This document shows, piece by piece, positions 1-12,855 of a DNA stretch of 64,000 nucleotides. Position 1 is the stretch's first letter, and the number at the start of each line of letters is the position of its first letter. A program made the position numbers and the translations under genes. The notes under the pieces are model-generated. The model saw only the letters and a list, made by a program, of their open reading frames with translations. It was not told the origin of the DNA and made no database searches. The stretch lies in NCBI GenBank assembly GCA_010015805.1, contig ML978130.1, forward strand, positions 186,001 to 250,000. Reading direction: 5' to 3'. The stretch comes from Rhizodiscina lignyota. Lineage: Eukaryota.

Positions 1-1168
1 ACAACGAAACGGTGTGGAAATCTGATCGCCCTGATTAAGATATGAACCCGTGATTTGCTCAGAGCTCAACAATGGGAAATACGATTGGCGACGTCGTTAT
101 GTACCCGGCAGCCCGGAACACGTGGTGGCTGAGCACCCCCGGCCACCGTGTGAGAGCTGGAGGATTGGGTGAGCTCTCGTCCCGAGTTACGGGTTGTAGG
201 TACGGTGCCAGTCGGTGAGCTGTGGCTGAGTTCCGATTGAGCAACATGCCAATGAGGATCTTAGTCCATTCCCAATACTAAAATAGGATCCTGAACGTGC
301 CCTGATAAGGCGCGTTGTCGTTGGGCACAAAAGCAGCCCCAAGAGTTCAAATCTTCACCGAGATCTCGGGGCTACCATCGTTTGGTCACATTATGAGGGT
401 GCTCTTCTCGCCATCGCCACGCAGAGTGGTAAGATTAAGGAATACAATGACGCCCGCGGCCGCCGTTACTCCGCTCTTTCATCGTGGAAAACCCGAAGAG
501 TTTCGATATATTGCTCCGCTGACTCGGTCTTAACCGGGACCGTTCACATAGTGCTTTTTCCGCTGACGCCTTGAGCAAGTGATTGCTCACTTGCGCAGGG
601 ACGCGGTCACGCAATACATTATACAATGCTGAGTCGTTGCGTGCAGTGCCTGTTTCCGCGCTGCTCTGTGCCTGACGCTAAAACTTCCCATTGGTTGCAC
701 CAGTTACGCTTTGGTTACTTTCTTTGTACAAATAGGCCAGCTTACTCGGTGCCACAGAATTGAGTGCTGACACGATGGAAGTCGCCTTGAGAACATCGCC
801 TACTCTCCCTCATATGGGGAATGCCGGAGGATCCCTCCAGCCTTAAGGCCCTCTGCTGAACAGTCTTTCAAGGTCAAGGTCAGTTCCGACGTCACTTCCA
901 GCTCCACGGCAAACACGTCACTTCGTATCTTCAATATAAACAAGCCCCAACATTAGGTTACATGCGCAGCAAATAGCACGTTAATGTAGCATATCTGCCC
1001 ACTTCCTTTGCTCCTCTCAATGAGGTATATAATTCATCTCAACCTCGCTGATCTTCTAATTTCTTCCTCATCAACACCATCTGCCTCAGTCTTCCTCGCC
1101 CACTACGACTCATAGACCTCCTTTATCTTCCTAATTTAATTCACTCCATAATAAACAAACCCCCCAAG

Positions 1169-1612
1169 ATGTTCACCAAGACCTTCATCTCCCTCGCTGT
1201 GCTTGCCGCCAGTGTCGCAGCCGCTCCTCTTGAGCTCATCGAACGTCAAGATGCACCAGCTACCGTCTTCATGACTCCCTTCAAGCAAGTTGGCTGCCTC
1301 CAATCAGAGAACCCCCACTCAAGTATGTGCCTACTTCACTCTGCCCTCACTCTGCCCTCACGACTAACATCATTCACAGCCGAAAAACCGGAATCGTTCA
1401 ACGTCACCAGCGGCACATGCTTCACCCCGGACTACGCCTTCCAATCATACGTCGAGTCAACCAACTTCAACCCATCAACTACGCCGTGCGCGCTCTCCAT
1501 CTTCCCGGAGCCAAGCTGCGGCGGCGATGCGGCTGCTGCAACGCTCACCTCCTTCGGCGAGTGCGTTCCAAATCAGAGCGGTCAAAGCTTCCAGCTCAAC
1601 TGTGGTCCTTAG
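1169..1612 (+). CDS. Small secreted cysteine-rich protein (effector-like), 2 exons (intron 1323-1379)
   Basis: Hydrophobic signal peptide MFTKTFISLAVLAASVAA followed by a propeptide-like ELIERQ; GTATGT...CTAAC...CAG intron of 57 nt; 6 Cys in the spliced ~128-aa product; TATA-like TATATAA near 1026. Confidence 0.8.
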   Translation: MFTKTFISLAVLAASVAAAPLELIERQDAPATVFMTPFKQVGCLQSENPHSSMCLLHSALTLPSRLTSFTAEKPESFNVTSGTCFTPDYAFQSYVESTNFNPSTTPCALSIFPEPSCGGDAAAATLTSFGECVPNQSGQSFQLNCGP

Positions 1613-1929
1613 AATGGCCGTCCAAGTGCAAGGAGATGCAGAAGTAGTAATTCGATTGTGGAAGCCATAGGTCAAAGCGGATGGCGGTGAACCGATGCGA
1701 ATAGCACTGAAACATCAAAGAAAGGAACAAACGACTTTTAATTCTTCATATCTTCGACATACATACGGTTATGACCCACGCGGTCTTTCTTCTCTCTAGA
1801 GATTTTCCTTTCTTTTATGGCTCTTATCAACGGCGTACAAGGCAAAACAAAAATGGGCGGCTGGTACTTGGTCATACAAATAATTGAGATGCAAAATCGA
1901 AATTGATCTTTCAAAACTGAAAACTTTCA

Positions 1930-2008
1930 TTGCATTAAACTATTTGCATTGAATCTATTTACATCGAATCTATTTGCAGTAAACTATTTGCATCGAACCT
2001 ATTCGCAT
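1930..2008. repeat. Minisatellite, ~5.5 copies of a 14-15 bp unit (TTGCATYRAAYCTAT-like)
   Basis: TTGCATTAAACTAT TTGCATTGAATCTAT TTACATCGAATCTAT TTGCAGTAAACTAT TTGCATCGAACCTAT TCGCAT read directly. Confidence 0.85.
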
Positions 2009-2014
2009 GGGAGC

Positions 2015-2520
2015 TGACTAGTCTTTTCAATAACGTTTAGATGCTATCTAGATGCATCTAAACGATTTGTATACTCTGTTAGTTTGTTCGCGTAAGCTAT
2101 TTAGCTAAGATATGGTATTAGAGATGCTAGAGCCGAACTAGAGGGGTGGGCCTAGTGAGCATTTGGGAGGGGGTTCTAACGTGTAATTTCACTCGCTCGC
2201 TCACCTAATACTATATACAAATCTTTGTAAGTATAATAGTAGTAAATCCATTCAATCTCGATAAATTTATCTAGCTTTAAGTTGTTTTTATTTTTGGAAT
2301 ATGTAATAATACAGATAGCTAGAAGCTATAGATCTAACTATCTATATGCTACCTAGACCCCAAGGCCAGTATTAAATAAAGGTATAGTCGTCGTATGTTT
2401 CGTGAAAAGTTGTGTCAGAGAAGGCTTATCGTTTATATATAATAGGTACTAGCTACTATGACTTTTAAGAGTATAGATACTATATCTCTCTAGGGGACGG
2501 AGCGGCGAGGGTTATTTATC
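2015..2520. mobile_element. AT/TpA-rich tract, probable RIP-degraded repeat or TE relic
   Basis: Abrupt drop in GC, dense TA/CTAG/TATA words, no ORF; typical RIP signature judged by eye; no TE protein motif recognisable. Confidence 0.5.
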
Positions 2521-3032
2521 AACTTAAGGGGGAGGAGGAGGAGGCGCGAATTGAGGCGTATCGACGGCTGCTGTTGGCTTTCGTGCCTAGAGAGGAATGC
2601 AGTGACGATGATAGATCATTGTTATTCGATGCGCGCGTCAAATGATCCCATTCCATATTCGACCCGTTGTGGCCTGATTGCGCTCAAGAGCGCCTTTCCT
2701 AGTTTGGCCCGCTCCAGCTAATGCTTGGTCTCCTCTGGTGAGCTCGTAGCCTATCATCTATGCTGTTGCTTTCCAGAGACAGCGACAGTGGCAATGATAT
2801 CTTAATTCCGGCTCCGCCGAAAGCTCTTGTAAGCTGAGGGTGTCCGCCCTTTGAACGGAGGGTCTTTTCCTTCTTGATACTAATGGGCCTGAGCATTGTA
2901 GTCGTGACGCTGTGGAGTAACGGTGACGGAGGACCGATGTTGGCAACTGAATCGAGCTTAGAATATTTGAAAGAAGATCGAGAAGATGACATTATGTGAA
3001 GAGTTTACAATTACTGTCGACTGTACTCTAAC

Positions 3033-4313
3033 TCAACTGCCTAGATGTGGTACAAATTGGGTCCAATGTACGTCGTCATAAACGGCTGAGGGTACCTTCC
3101 GTAGCCCTAAGAAGACTTCAACAACTAGGTATAGCCGTAGACATATATACAATACCTCAGGCATAAAAACAGCAATACTTGCGGAGCGCATTTTCCTCAC
3201 TGTGGACAATTGGCTTACCACGAATATTACCAGCGGCAAAGATAGACAGCCTATACTACATGTCCTCCATAAAATCGTTTCGATTTTAGAGTTAAAGTGT
3301 GTATTCCAGCCAAGGAGATGAGAGGCGCCGAACGTCAGCATCGGCAGTATAAGTACAAGCTTGAAAATTCCCATGCCTGTTCTGTCACTGCCAAGGTTGT
3401 CCATAATGCCTATTCGGATTCTAGGTTCCTGGTAGCGGTTGGTATGTTCTCCTAGAAGAGTTTGAAGAGATTCGAAAGTGTCGTGCGTATGAATATCTGT
3501 TGGAACATCCACGTCTTTCGGCTTGTGCCACCAGCCCCCATAAGTAAAGAATGTGCATGAAATGAACCCGACAGTAAACAGCTCTAAAGTTGTTACGGGT
3601 AATTGCTGTATCGCGCGGCTGGCCACATAGCTCAGGAACCAGCCAATTTGTAGACAAGCGAAGGTTTTCTGAAAGCTATCTGCATTGCTCTTATCCTGTA
3701 TATCTCTTTCTGAGATCCTAGGCAGCTTAATACAATCGTTGGAAAGAAGAGCCAGAAACTGAGGTGCGTTTAGCCTGTAGCGGCTGTCGTTGGAGAAAAC
3801 GAGGGAGAAACCCCCCATATTGACGTATTGAGCGTGGGTCAAAGTCCATGATTTGGGACTAACATCGCTCCTTACAGGATTCACCATTAGGGCCGCCGGC
3901 GGACTATTCCCGGCATTGGGCAATTGCTGCTGCGCCGATGACCCAGTCCTCTCTGGCTCGCTCTCAACACTCTGCTGTCGTGGCTGCTCATACTGTCAAT
4001 ATACCGGGCAAGTTGTGAGAGGGTAGCTTTAGCTTACGCTGGGTGCAGGACTCTCTTGCATCCTTTTAAGGATCCATCCAGTCTCATACCGCTCGCGCAG
4101 TGCAGACATGCTAACCAACTCTGGAGCAAGAATACCTATGACCATCCACTGGATATGGCGTAAAACTTTCCTCGACACTGAGTCCTTGTCGGCCGGGATA
4201 TTAAGATGGAGGGCGTTCCAGGTACAGATGATGATGGTGGCGAGGCAGCCATGTATGAGGCTAATGGTTCCGCGAATGTTCGGCGCGGATACCCAACCCA
4301 CGAGTTGTGTCAT
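3033..4313 (-). CDS. Uncharacterised fungal multi-pass membrane protein (paralog A); exons 4313-4038 and 3992-3033
   Basis: Motifs GWVSAPNIRGT, CTWNALHLNIP, APE, WTLTHAQYVNMGGF, DKSNAD, TLELFT, WWHKP; GTAAGC...TTGACAG intron 4037-3993 joins the two ORFs in frame. Confidence 0.85.
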
Positions 4314-4509
4314 GCTGCTAGGACAAGGGACGTGTGTCTTGATGAGGACTTTCGAGATTCGCAGAGATTACTAGGTAAAAATGGTTGAAAAGATTCAGGA
4401 GACGAGGATGTCGCGTCCATGTTATAACCCCCTTGTCGATAGGGCATTCGTTTTCCTTGGCATCCGAATTTCGCGGAGGGGGAAGGTATGCACCGAAAAA
4501 TCAACAAAA

Positions 4510-4735
4510 TGCACCTGTAATTTAATAAATAAGAAGCTAAAATAAGGATATATATTTCGGATGTTAAGGGACTCAGGTTTAGAGGGCTGAAATTAGTATT
4601 TAGCCACGGTTCTAGGGGCTATATATATATTCTTTTTAATAAGAGGTTAATAAGGTACCTAAGAATTCGACCCATTTTTCGGTGCTTCATAGTATTTTAA
4701 GATATATTTACTTAGTTGGTTACAGGTGAGGCTAG
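4510..4735. mobile_element. Second AT/TpA-rich tract, probable RIP relic
   Basis: Low GC, runs such as TATATATAT and TAATAAATAAG, no ORF. Confidence 0.4.
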
Positions 4736-5864
4736 GTGCCTAGAGCACCCGTAATACGGGCACTTCAGTGCCAAGGAAAATGAATGCCCACGCTATCGAT
4801 AAGGGGGATAAGTATCGAGGCTAACGCTGTTGCTATCTTTCCTGGAACTATCCGTTGAAAGATTAAAGCGGAGCAAACTCACGTTCAGTCGTACAGAATC
4901 CATCCCGGATCATAGTAAACTAGTAGTCCCGATCCGAAGATATACATTCCGTCGGAAGCCTCGGTATGTTTGCGATGGAGGGAACAGATGCAGGCCGCCG
5001 TCTTGGTAGAATAGCAGAGTACCCGATTCAACCACCGACCCTACGGGTGAACGCTGAGTAGCGTACGGGCGGCGCGACGGCCAGGTCAACGGCTGAGCAA
5101 AGCATCCTGTCGCAATTGTGTTACAATCCATAGAGCTGTGATATCCAGATAGCTCCTGCGAAACGGTGAACCGCGGCCGAGAAGGTGAGATAATTGATAC
5201 CGTGGGCAGATCTGCTTGACTTGTTGCCGTGATATTAAAAAGTTCGCAGAAGTAATGCGCATTATACCCATTCGCTGCAATAGTGACTGGTGTTCGAGGT
5301 TTCTTCACGTATCCCTCTTTTCCTCTCTTCAGACACCCGACATGCTCTGAATTGACAATATCAGGACCCGAAACTGTAGCCTTAGACCGATGGCACGCGT
5401 AAGGAGATAGGAATGAATTTTCTTTATAAAGAAGGTGACTACAGAAGCTACTGCTGCTCACGAAGCATAAGGGAGCAGGACCGAAGTTAGAGGGATGAGG
5501 TTACCGTACGTGAACTAAATGCCGAAGTTACTGTACGATAAAAGGAGCTGCATTGATTTTGCAAATTTGGGTGGATAGTACCGAAGTCCGGGTGAGAGGA
5601 GTCCCGAAATCGGGTGATGTCCGGGTACCTGTCGCCCAAGGGAACAAGAAGCTAAGCCGATAACCAATCAGGCCGAGTTGCGAATATAAGCCGGCTATCT
5701 GCTACCTCTATCACGTCAGGGGCGCTAGCCGGATGTTAGGTTAGGTATCTTCCTCTGTCAAACATTTCTATCGTGATGACCATTACAAGTTTAATTGTTG
5801 TTTCTCTTCGATATATCGTAGGCAGTTGTTTTCGAATCGGCTTTCAGCAAGCGGAGCTTCGTTC

Positions 5865-7488
5865 ATGCGAGGATCTCCAATAATGCAAGCTTCAATCAAT
5901 GCGAAAAGGGTAGCAATAGTTGGAGCTGGCCCATCTGGAATTGCAGCCGCGAAGTGAGCTCTTCGTGGTCGTCGGCTTTCTCTCCACTCACTAGTATGGC
6001 AGATACTGTTTTGCGGAAAAGGCGTTCGAAAGCATCGTCGTATTCGAACAGCGCAGTAGTGCCGGTGGATTGTGGAATGCCACCCCACAGGAGTGGGATG
6101 AAGCAGCTTTCACAATACCATCGACGAATGCAGCCGTGAAGGTCGATGAGCCACTGTGGCGGCCGAAGGTCGGAGCTTCATCATCCAGTGGATCTGAAGC
6201 AAGTAGTGCAACAACCAGCGGCTCAAGCTCTCCAAGAACTGTCGGCGGCAAGGACCCTGTTTTTATCAGCCCGATTTACGATCGCTTGGAAACGAATATA
6301 CCAAGGTCCTTGATGCGATTTTCGGACCATTTTTTCGGGGACGACGTTCAACTCTTCCCTCCACATCAAGCAGTCCAAGAGTACATCGTGCAATACGCGC
6401 GCGATGTCCGTCACTTGATCAGATTTGAGACACAAGTGGTTGATATTCGACTCCAAGATGATCCAGTATCGTCTCCTGACAAGCATGGGAAAGATTCGTG
6501 GAACATGGAAGTGCGTGATCTGCAGACTAACACATACACCACGGAGGTATTCGATGCTGTCATCCTTGCCAATGGCCATTTCAGTACGCCTTACGTTCCC
6601 GAAGTACCCGGTATTCGTGAATGGCAAACTGCCTTCCCAGGTTCGATCACGCACGCCAAATATTATCGCAGACCGGAAGAATATGCCGACAAGAGAGTCC
6701 TCGTTGTAGGCAACTTTGCCTCAGGCACCGATATCGCTTCTCAGATCATTCCATATTGCAAGAACCCGGTCCTCATATCTGCGAAGTCAACGAATGAACT
6801 ACCCGCTCCACCATCGTCATCCAAGCGAGAACTTCCGACCATCGCATCTTTTAACGTCGCTGGTGGAAGCGTCACATTCGCCAACGGCCACACGGAGCAC
6901 AATATTGATAGCATTATCTTTTGCACGGGATACCTCTATACATTCCCCTTCCTTAAATCGTTACGGCCCCCACTTATCACCTCGGGATACTATGTTGAGA
7001 ACTCGTATCTGCACTTGTTCTACGCCCCGCACCCGACTCTTTCATTTCTGGCAATCCCACAAAAGATTATCCCATTCCCTTTAGCGGAGGCACAAGCTGC
7101 GGCTGTCGCGCGCATATATTCCGGTCGTTTGTCACTTCCGTCTTATGCAGAGATGAAACAATGGGAGCAAGACTTGTTGTCGAGCCTGCCCGAGGGCGGA
7201 AGCAAAAGCGCATTCCACAAACTACCTTTTCCGAAGGATGCAAATTACATCAATATGATGTATGACTGGGCTGCGGGGGCATTGCAAAAAGCAGGGCTCG
7301 AAAATGATGGCCTGGGCAAGATGCCGAGGAGATGGGGCGAGTGGGAGTTCTGGTGTAGAGGGAGGTTTCCTGCGATTAAGAAGGCATTCTCTGAAAAGGG
7401 CGAGAAGAGACGTGATGTGACGAGGCTGGAAGAGCTCGGGTTTGACTTTGAAAAGTGGAAAATGGAAGAAGAAACAGTAAGGCATTGA
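5865..7488 (+). CDS. Flavin-containing (thiol-specific FMO1-like) monooxygenase; intron 5954-6002; start at ATG 5865 or 5883
   Basis: Exon 1 encodes the FAD Rossmann motif VAIVGAGPSG; FMO fingerprint FPGSITHAKYY (FxGxxxHxxxY); NADPH motif VVGNFASGTD; FCTGY motif. Confidence 0.92.
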
Positions 7489-8522
7489 CCACTGTCACCA
7501 TGTCCATTGCAGCTGCTAGCTGCGAGAATGTCGTTGCGCGAACGCGAGGTCCGAGCCACTCCAGCTACTCTTGAGACGGCCTGACGAATGGAAGCTGTAT
7601 CTCGTACAAACTCTTCCGCACGCACGGCGGGACTGTCTCAGAGGCTGTGAACAGGGATAGGGTTGGACTGCTGCCTGTTGGCTCTAGCATCGGGCAGGAA
7701 ATGCCAGGAACAGCATGCCATTTGCCATCTAAATCGTGGCCTTCCGTAGAACTATGCCTCGATCATGTCGAGTGGTTATAGACCGCATCCCCCCCCTTTC
7801 TATACCACGCGGAGAACCATATTTGGATATCGCGCCAGAAATCTTGTCTGCGTGTTTCGCTCGAGCTGGAGTAAGAGTTTGGATCGGGCTTGCCAGCATC
7901 GATTGTCGGCTTCTCAGGCATTTTCGACAATGTGCTCGCCGGAAGGTCGTAGAGCTTGTGGATAGGCATACTAGAAGGGTTCGCTGAGCTGCACAACTCC
8001 AGGGGGTCAGTAACTGTTTCCACTGACGGACTCTTGTTAATACTTACACAAGTCAGGACTTGGAAGCCACGTCCAGACTCGGTCGAAATGGGCACAGATA
8101 GCAAGTATGCTTTAGGGGATGCAATATTTAAGACTCAAATAGCTCGACAAGAAGCTGAAGAGTAATGATTCATATACTATCGACTGTCTGAGAACTATGA
8201 TACTTTGTCTACTAATTCATCGGTGGATCATTGCCCGATGGCGTCATTCTTTAATGAAAGATTGTCAATGAAGACCTTGACTACTCTTAGCGACGGCGTA
8301 ACGCCCTCGCAGCCGGGCGGCTCCTGTATCATTAGGTGAAGACAAAGATTTAGATATCCACATGCAAGATACAGGAGGGTAGCTCCGCCGGCGCGAGCCG
8401 AGAATGCCAGCGTGGCGCTCCGGCGCATCTAAAGGCGTTTAGACCCCAGAGCAAGGTTATAATTACATCCAATAAATCAATGCTGCGACTCATACCATGG
8501 AAACAGTACGGCCGAGTACTCA

Positions 8523-10213
8523 CTAGGAGGCTTCTCCAGTCTCTACGTATGCGATTGTGGAGTTGAAGACTGTCCTCGCGGCCTTGTCGTGTACTAATCC
8601 AATCCACATGAACGAGTTTAGTAGATCCTGCATCTTATCCCACGAGTAAATGTCGCAGCAACCCATGTTGGCAATTAACAAAGGCTGTAACCAGGCGTTA
8701 TCGACAGTATCAAATACCGATACGGCTCCGACCATCAAAAGCCAGAGCAGAAGCTGGGAGGAAGTGCGAGTCGACGCTAGCCTGACAAGACAGCCTCTAA
8801 ACTCAGAAGTGAGGTGGACATAAGACAGGCCCAAGAGTCTCCACTGGAGAAGGACGCTACTTGAAAAGACAAGCAGACCAAGGCGGACTGCCTCACCGCT
8901 GGAGCGGGATCCGAAGCGCATGCTGAGGAGGCGGTACATGACCGAGGCCATGGTATCCAAATAGGTGTCCAGGGAGATGTACTGTCCAGAGTCAACAGCA
9001 AAGTTGATCACTGAGCAGAACGCAGACAATGCATTCCAGGCATTAGACAATTCGCCATCTACGTCATCGAGAAACGCGATAGTGCTATACTGAGAGGCCA
9101 TTGTGGCAGACCCTCGTAGATTGAGAAGCTCCGTCAGGTCAGGGTACGGCAGAAAGGTTTCGTGAGGTGTGAGGTGGTTGAAGAACACGGGTCTGGAGCC
9201 GCGATGAAGTACCATGCCGATGTCACATCTGCGACAGTCAGCATTGCTTTCGGCATGTAGTTACCCTTCATGGACAAAGGCTTTGTACCGGAGTATTTCT
9301 ATTAACAGCTTTGCGTTAGACCGAAAGGTGGCTACGCCTCCCCGCAAGCCGACTATTTTGTGAAGACCTTCAATATGGTTCATTGCTGAATCGAAATCGC
9401 CCGTCATGAGTGCATGGCCGCTTAAGGCCATGATGGCAGCTGCGGTAGTGTCTGAAAGTGCGGCCTGATCGTCGTCACGAGACATCCTCTCGCGGAGAAG
9501 CTTGAGCGCCTTCAGAAAGTGATGCAATGTCACCTTGGTGAGAGCTGAGGTTTTGCCGGCGGCTATTGCGTCGAAATAGTACTGCGACGTGAAGAGCATG
9601 GTGTGTAAGAATGCGGGATCGAACGTGAGAGGGGCTATCCATGTCTCGGCTTTTCTCTCGAAAAATACGCACGGCTCCAGAGGAAAGAGGATCTTCTTGG
9701 CAATAAAAGAGACTGGTGATAATGAATGAGTCGCCTGCATAGTAGAAAAGGGTGGAAAAGCATCTCACATTTCAGAAAGACTTCAATGGTGCCAGGCGCC
9801 ACAGTGTCGGGGAAACGCATTGCGGCCATATCCCCGCCGAACTTACGAGGAATCGTGAGCGGAAGGACAGATTGAGAAGTAGTGGTAAAGACTCTAGTAG
9901 CTGTGGCCGAAGGCCTGGCCAGAGCTTCAGCGGCATCCAAAACATTCATCAGTGACGTATTAGAGTTGGAGGACGGTACGCCCTTTTTCGTTTTCTGTCC
10001 TTTCTTTCCCATAGACCGAGTCTTTCCCCGGTTCTTTCCAAGCATGACATGGCTCCGGATGAACTTGCGTAGCTTCGGATCAGGCTTCTCTACGCCCGTC
10101 GCTATGAGGAAGTGCAGCCCTGCTGTTGGATGAAAGCATCATGTAAGATGAAATTGAAGCATCACTACTACAGCAGCGGAGAGTCGCTCACCTGGTGGCT
10201 TGGTAGCAGCCAT
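8523..10213 (-). CDS. Fungal-specific transcription-factor-domain protein lacking a Zn2Cys6 cluster; introns ~10191-10123, 9768-9713, 9288-9229
   Basis: Spliced N-terminus LHFLIATGVEKPDPKLRKFIRSHVMLGKNRGK, followed by DPAFLH, H..GL.KIV.LRGG and LLWLLMVG motifs typical of Fungal_trans_2-like regulators. Confidence 0.75.
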
Positions 10214-10891
10214 GTTGCGGAGAGTGCCGGAATCTACACTCAAGGCCCTGAGTCTGGACTGTCTCAAAGCTCCCCTTGCAGAGTGGACGCAGTTTAATGA
10301 CAAAGCGGCTAATGCAAAATGAAAAAAGGTAGGAGATGATGCCAGTGTCTCTGCTGCATGACTGCCAATTGTCTTGTTCGAAAAGCAGATAGGAGGAGAG
10401 GAGACGGACGAAGACGGAAGATGGGTGCGCTAAGGAAACACAGCATGCAAGAGAAAGTGAGGGCAGGGGAGCATGACGAGGCAGAGATTATATTCCGATT
10501 TTGGTCTACCGTCATCAATGTGAACGCTAACGGGGCTTAAAAAAAGCAGCTAGCTCCGAGGGAAACTGTGGGTACCACGTACTTCGACCTCATGGTGGTT
10601 TGTACGAGAGCTGGCCGAGGCTCCCTAGCTACTAGCGTTTGGCGAAAGAGCGAATCGATCACGCTATTCTGATTTTGGTCTAGCTCCATATTGATATTAT
10701 AAACTCTTTTAGGCATAGCACACAAACCAAAGAGAACTGAATGGGCGACTACATTCTTTCAACAATATCAAATATAGAAAGCCGCGCATGATCCGTCCTT
10801 TCGAAAATGGCACAGAACTCGGCATCTCAATCGCATTGTTACTTGCACGAACACGAACAGGAATCACAACAATTGGCCCATTACCGTCATC

Positions 10892-11988
10892 ATGGTCGGC
10901 TCAAGGGATCTACCGCAGTCAACTGCTTCCTCCTATCTAAACGTCTTCTTCCATAATCAATTCCTCGCTCAACCGCAATGGCCGGCTCCAAATACAAGCC
11001 TTTCGGGCAAGACGGCCATTGTAACCGGAAGTAATACGGGACTTGGTTATGAGGCGGCACGCCAGCTTCTAGGCCTGAATCTGTCACGTATGATACTTGC
11101 AGTGCGCTCTCTGGATAAGGGAGAAGCTGCTGCCTCACAGCTGCGCCAGCTGTATCCCAAAGCCAGTGTCGAGGTCTGGCAGCTGGATATGAGCTCATAC
11201 GACTCGGTCCAGGCATTGGCACGTCGCATCGAGAGCCAGTCGTGGCGCGTCGACATTGTCATTCTCAATGCTGGTGTTATTGGCCTCAAATACAACACGG
11301 TCAAGAGTACCGGCCACGAAGAAACGGTGCAGATCAACTACCTCTCGACCGTGTTGCTTGCCATCCTGCTCCTCCCAATCCTCAAGGGGAAGCGTCCAGC
11401 TGGCGGTGACCCTGCGCACCTCACAATTGTCAGTGCAGCACTGACTCTAGCTGCCAGGTTCCCTAACAGGGACAGAAACCCATTGCTTCCATCTTTCGAT
11501 GACCCTAAGACGTACAATCCTCGAGAGCAATATATGTCGTCCAAGGTGCTGATGCAAATGTTCCTCTGGAAGCTGGTCGACTACGTCTCGGCCGACGACG
11601 TCATCGTTAACCTTGCTGATCCGGCCTGGTGTAAGGGCACTGAGCTGCATCGTGACGCCGCGGGTGGTATGAAGGTGGGTATGAAGGTTTTTGCTGCCCT
11701 CACAGGCAGGACCCCAAAGGTGGGTGCATCGTGCTATGTCGATGCAGTCGTGAATAAGGGCAAGGAATCACATGGCTGTTTCCTCATGAGTTGGGAAGCT
11801 CATCCGTAAGCCGTCTCTTCTCCTCGGTTCGGGGTTTTTTCTTTATTTTGGCTAATGCTTCTCGCAGATTTGCAGCCCTCTTGTACACACCTGAGGGCAA
11901 AGTGGCGACACAACGGCTCTGGGACGAGACAATGGCTGAGCTTGATTTTGCTGGCGTTCGCAGTATCTTGGACTCCATAAAAGGATGA
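10892..11988 (+). CDS. Short-chain dehydrogenase/reductase (retinol-dehydrogenase/WWOX-like); intron 11806-11867
   Basis: TGSNTGLG cofactor motif, NAG, catalytic YMSSK; last exon FAALLY...LWDETM joined via a GTAAGC...CTAAT...CAG intron. Confidence 0.92.
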
Positions 11989-12855
11989 TTGACAGGACTA
12001 GATATGTGAGTTCTCCACCAGCACCTCTATGGGACTCGAGTACTGATTGGTTATATTGAAGAAAGCTTAGATATCTTGATATATCCGTCTTGAGAAGCAT
12101 CTTGGACAGTGAGTTGAAGGACATGGAGGAGGAAAGGAAAGAAGAGGCAGACTCCTTCTGTAGTGTCTTGATGTCGACGGTCACTTTGTAATATCGGCTG
12201 TCTTTAATATCTATTTCTTATAAGCAAGATAGCTCTTACACAGCTTGGATTTCCGCAGAGAGAGAACGAAGGTTGTGCACAAAAAGAGAGATCGGCGTCT
12301 CGCTCAACGCTATCGAAGTCATTGAAGGAGCTTCTTCCGCATTCAAGTCAATTGAGTGCAACCGTTTTGCGCGTGTAAAATCGCTCTTCAACGATAGTTG
12401 ACTTAGAGAGATACATAGGTTATAGGAAGTTTACTCCGTGTTCACGGTGTTTGCTCACAGCTGTGGAGTCAGTCCGTATCGATCAGAGAGGAGTAGTCGT
12501 TCGAAGCGGCTTGAACGAGCGAAGACGGCCGCAAGTGTTACATATGGTCCGAGAGAAATACAATGAAACGCTGCATGGTGTGAGGGTGGACAGTCCTTGA
12601 AAGTTGAAGCTCCGAAGCTACGGTCGAGCTTGCGGAAGACGCGCAACGCGCTAAGCTCATGCTCACCCCTGCAACATTGCTTTTTCGCGGGGGTAGTTGG
12701 ACGTGCCTGAACATCACCACCTGCAGCTCATCGATCTTTCATAATCTTCAAGGGTCCTTTAGCTCCCGGGAGTCCACCGCCAAGCTTTCATATAAATTCA
12801 GTTCTGAAGAGCAAGCCAATTCAAGTCAACAGAGATCAAACATTACGTCGCCCCC

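Noticed and set aside
2699..2992. 97-aa ORF just downstream of paralog A
   Set aside because: Low complexity, no motifs, starts only ~40 bp after the upstream stop; not enough support
4731..4772. Helitron 3' end
   Set aside because: A hairpin and nearby CTAG are present on the minus strand, but CTAG is not followed by the T target base and no Rep/helicase remnant is visible
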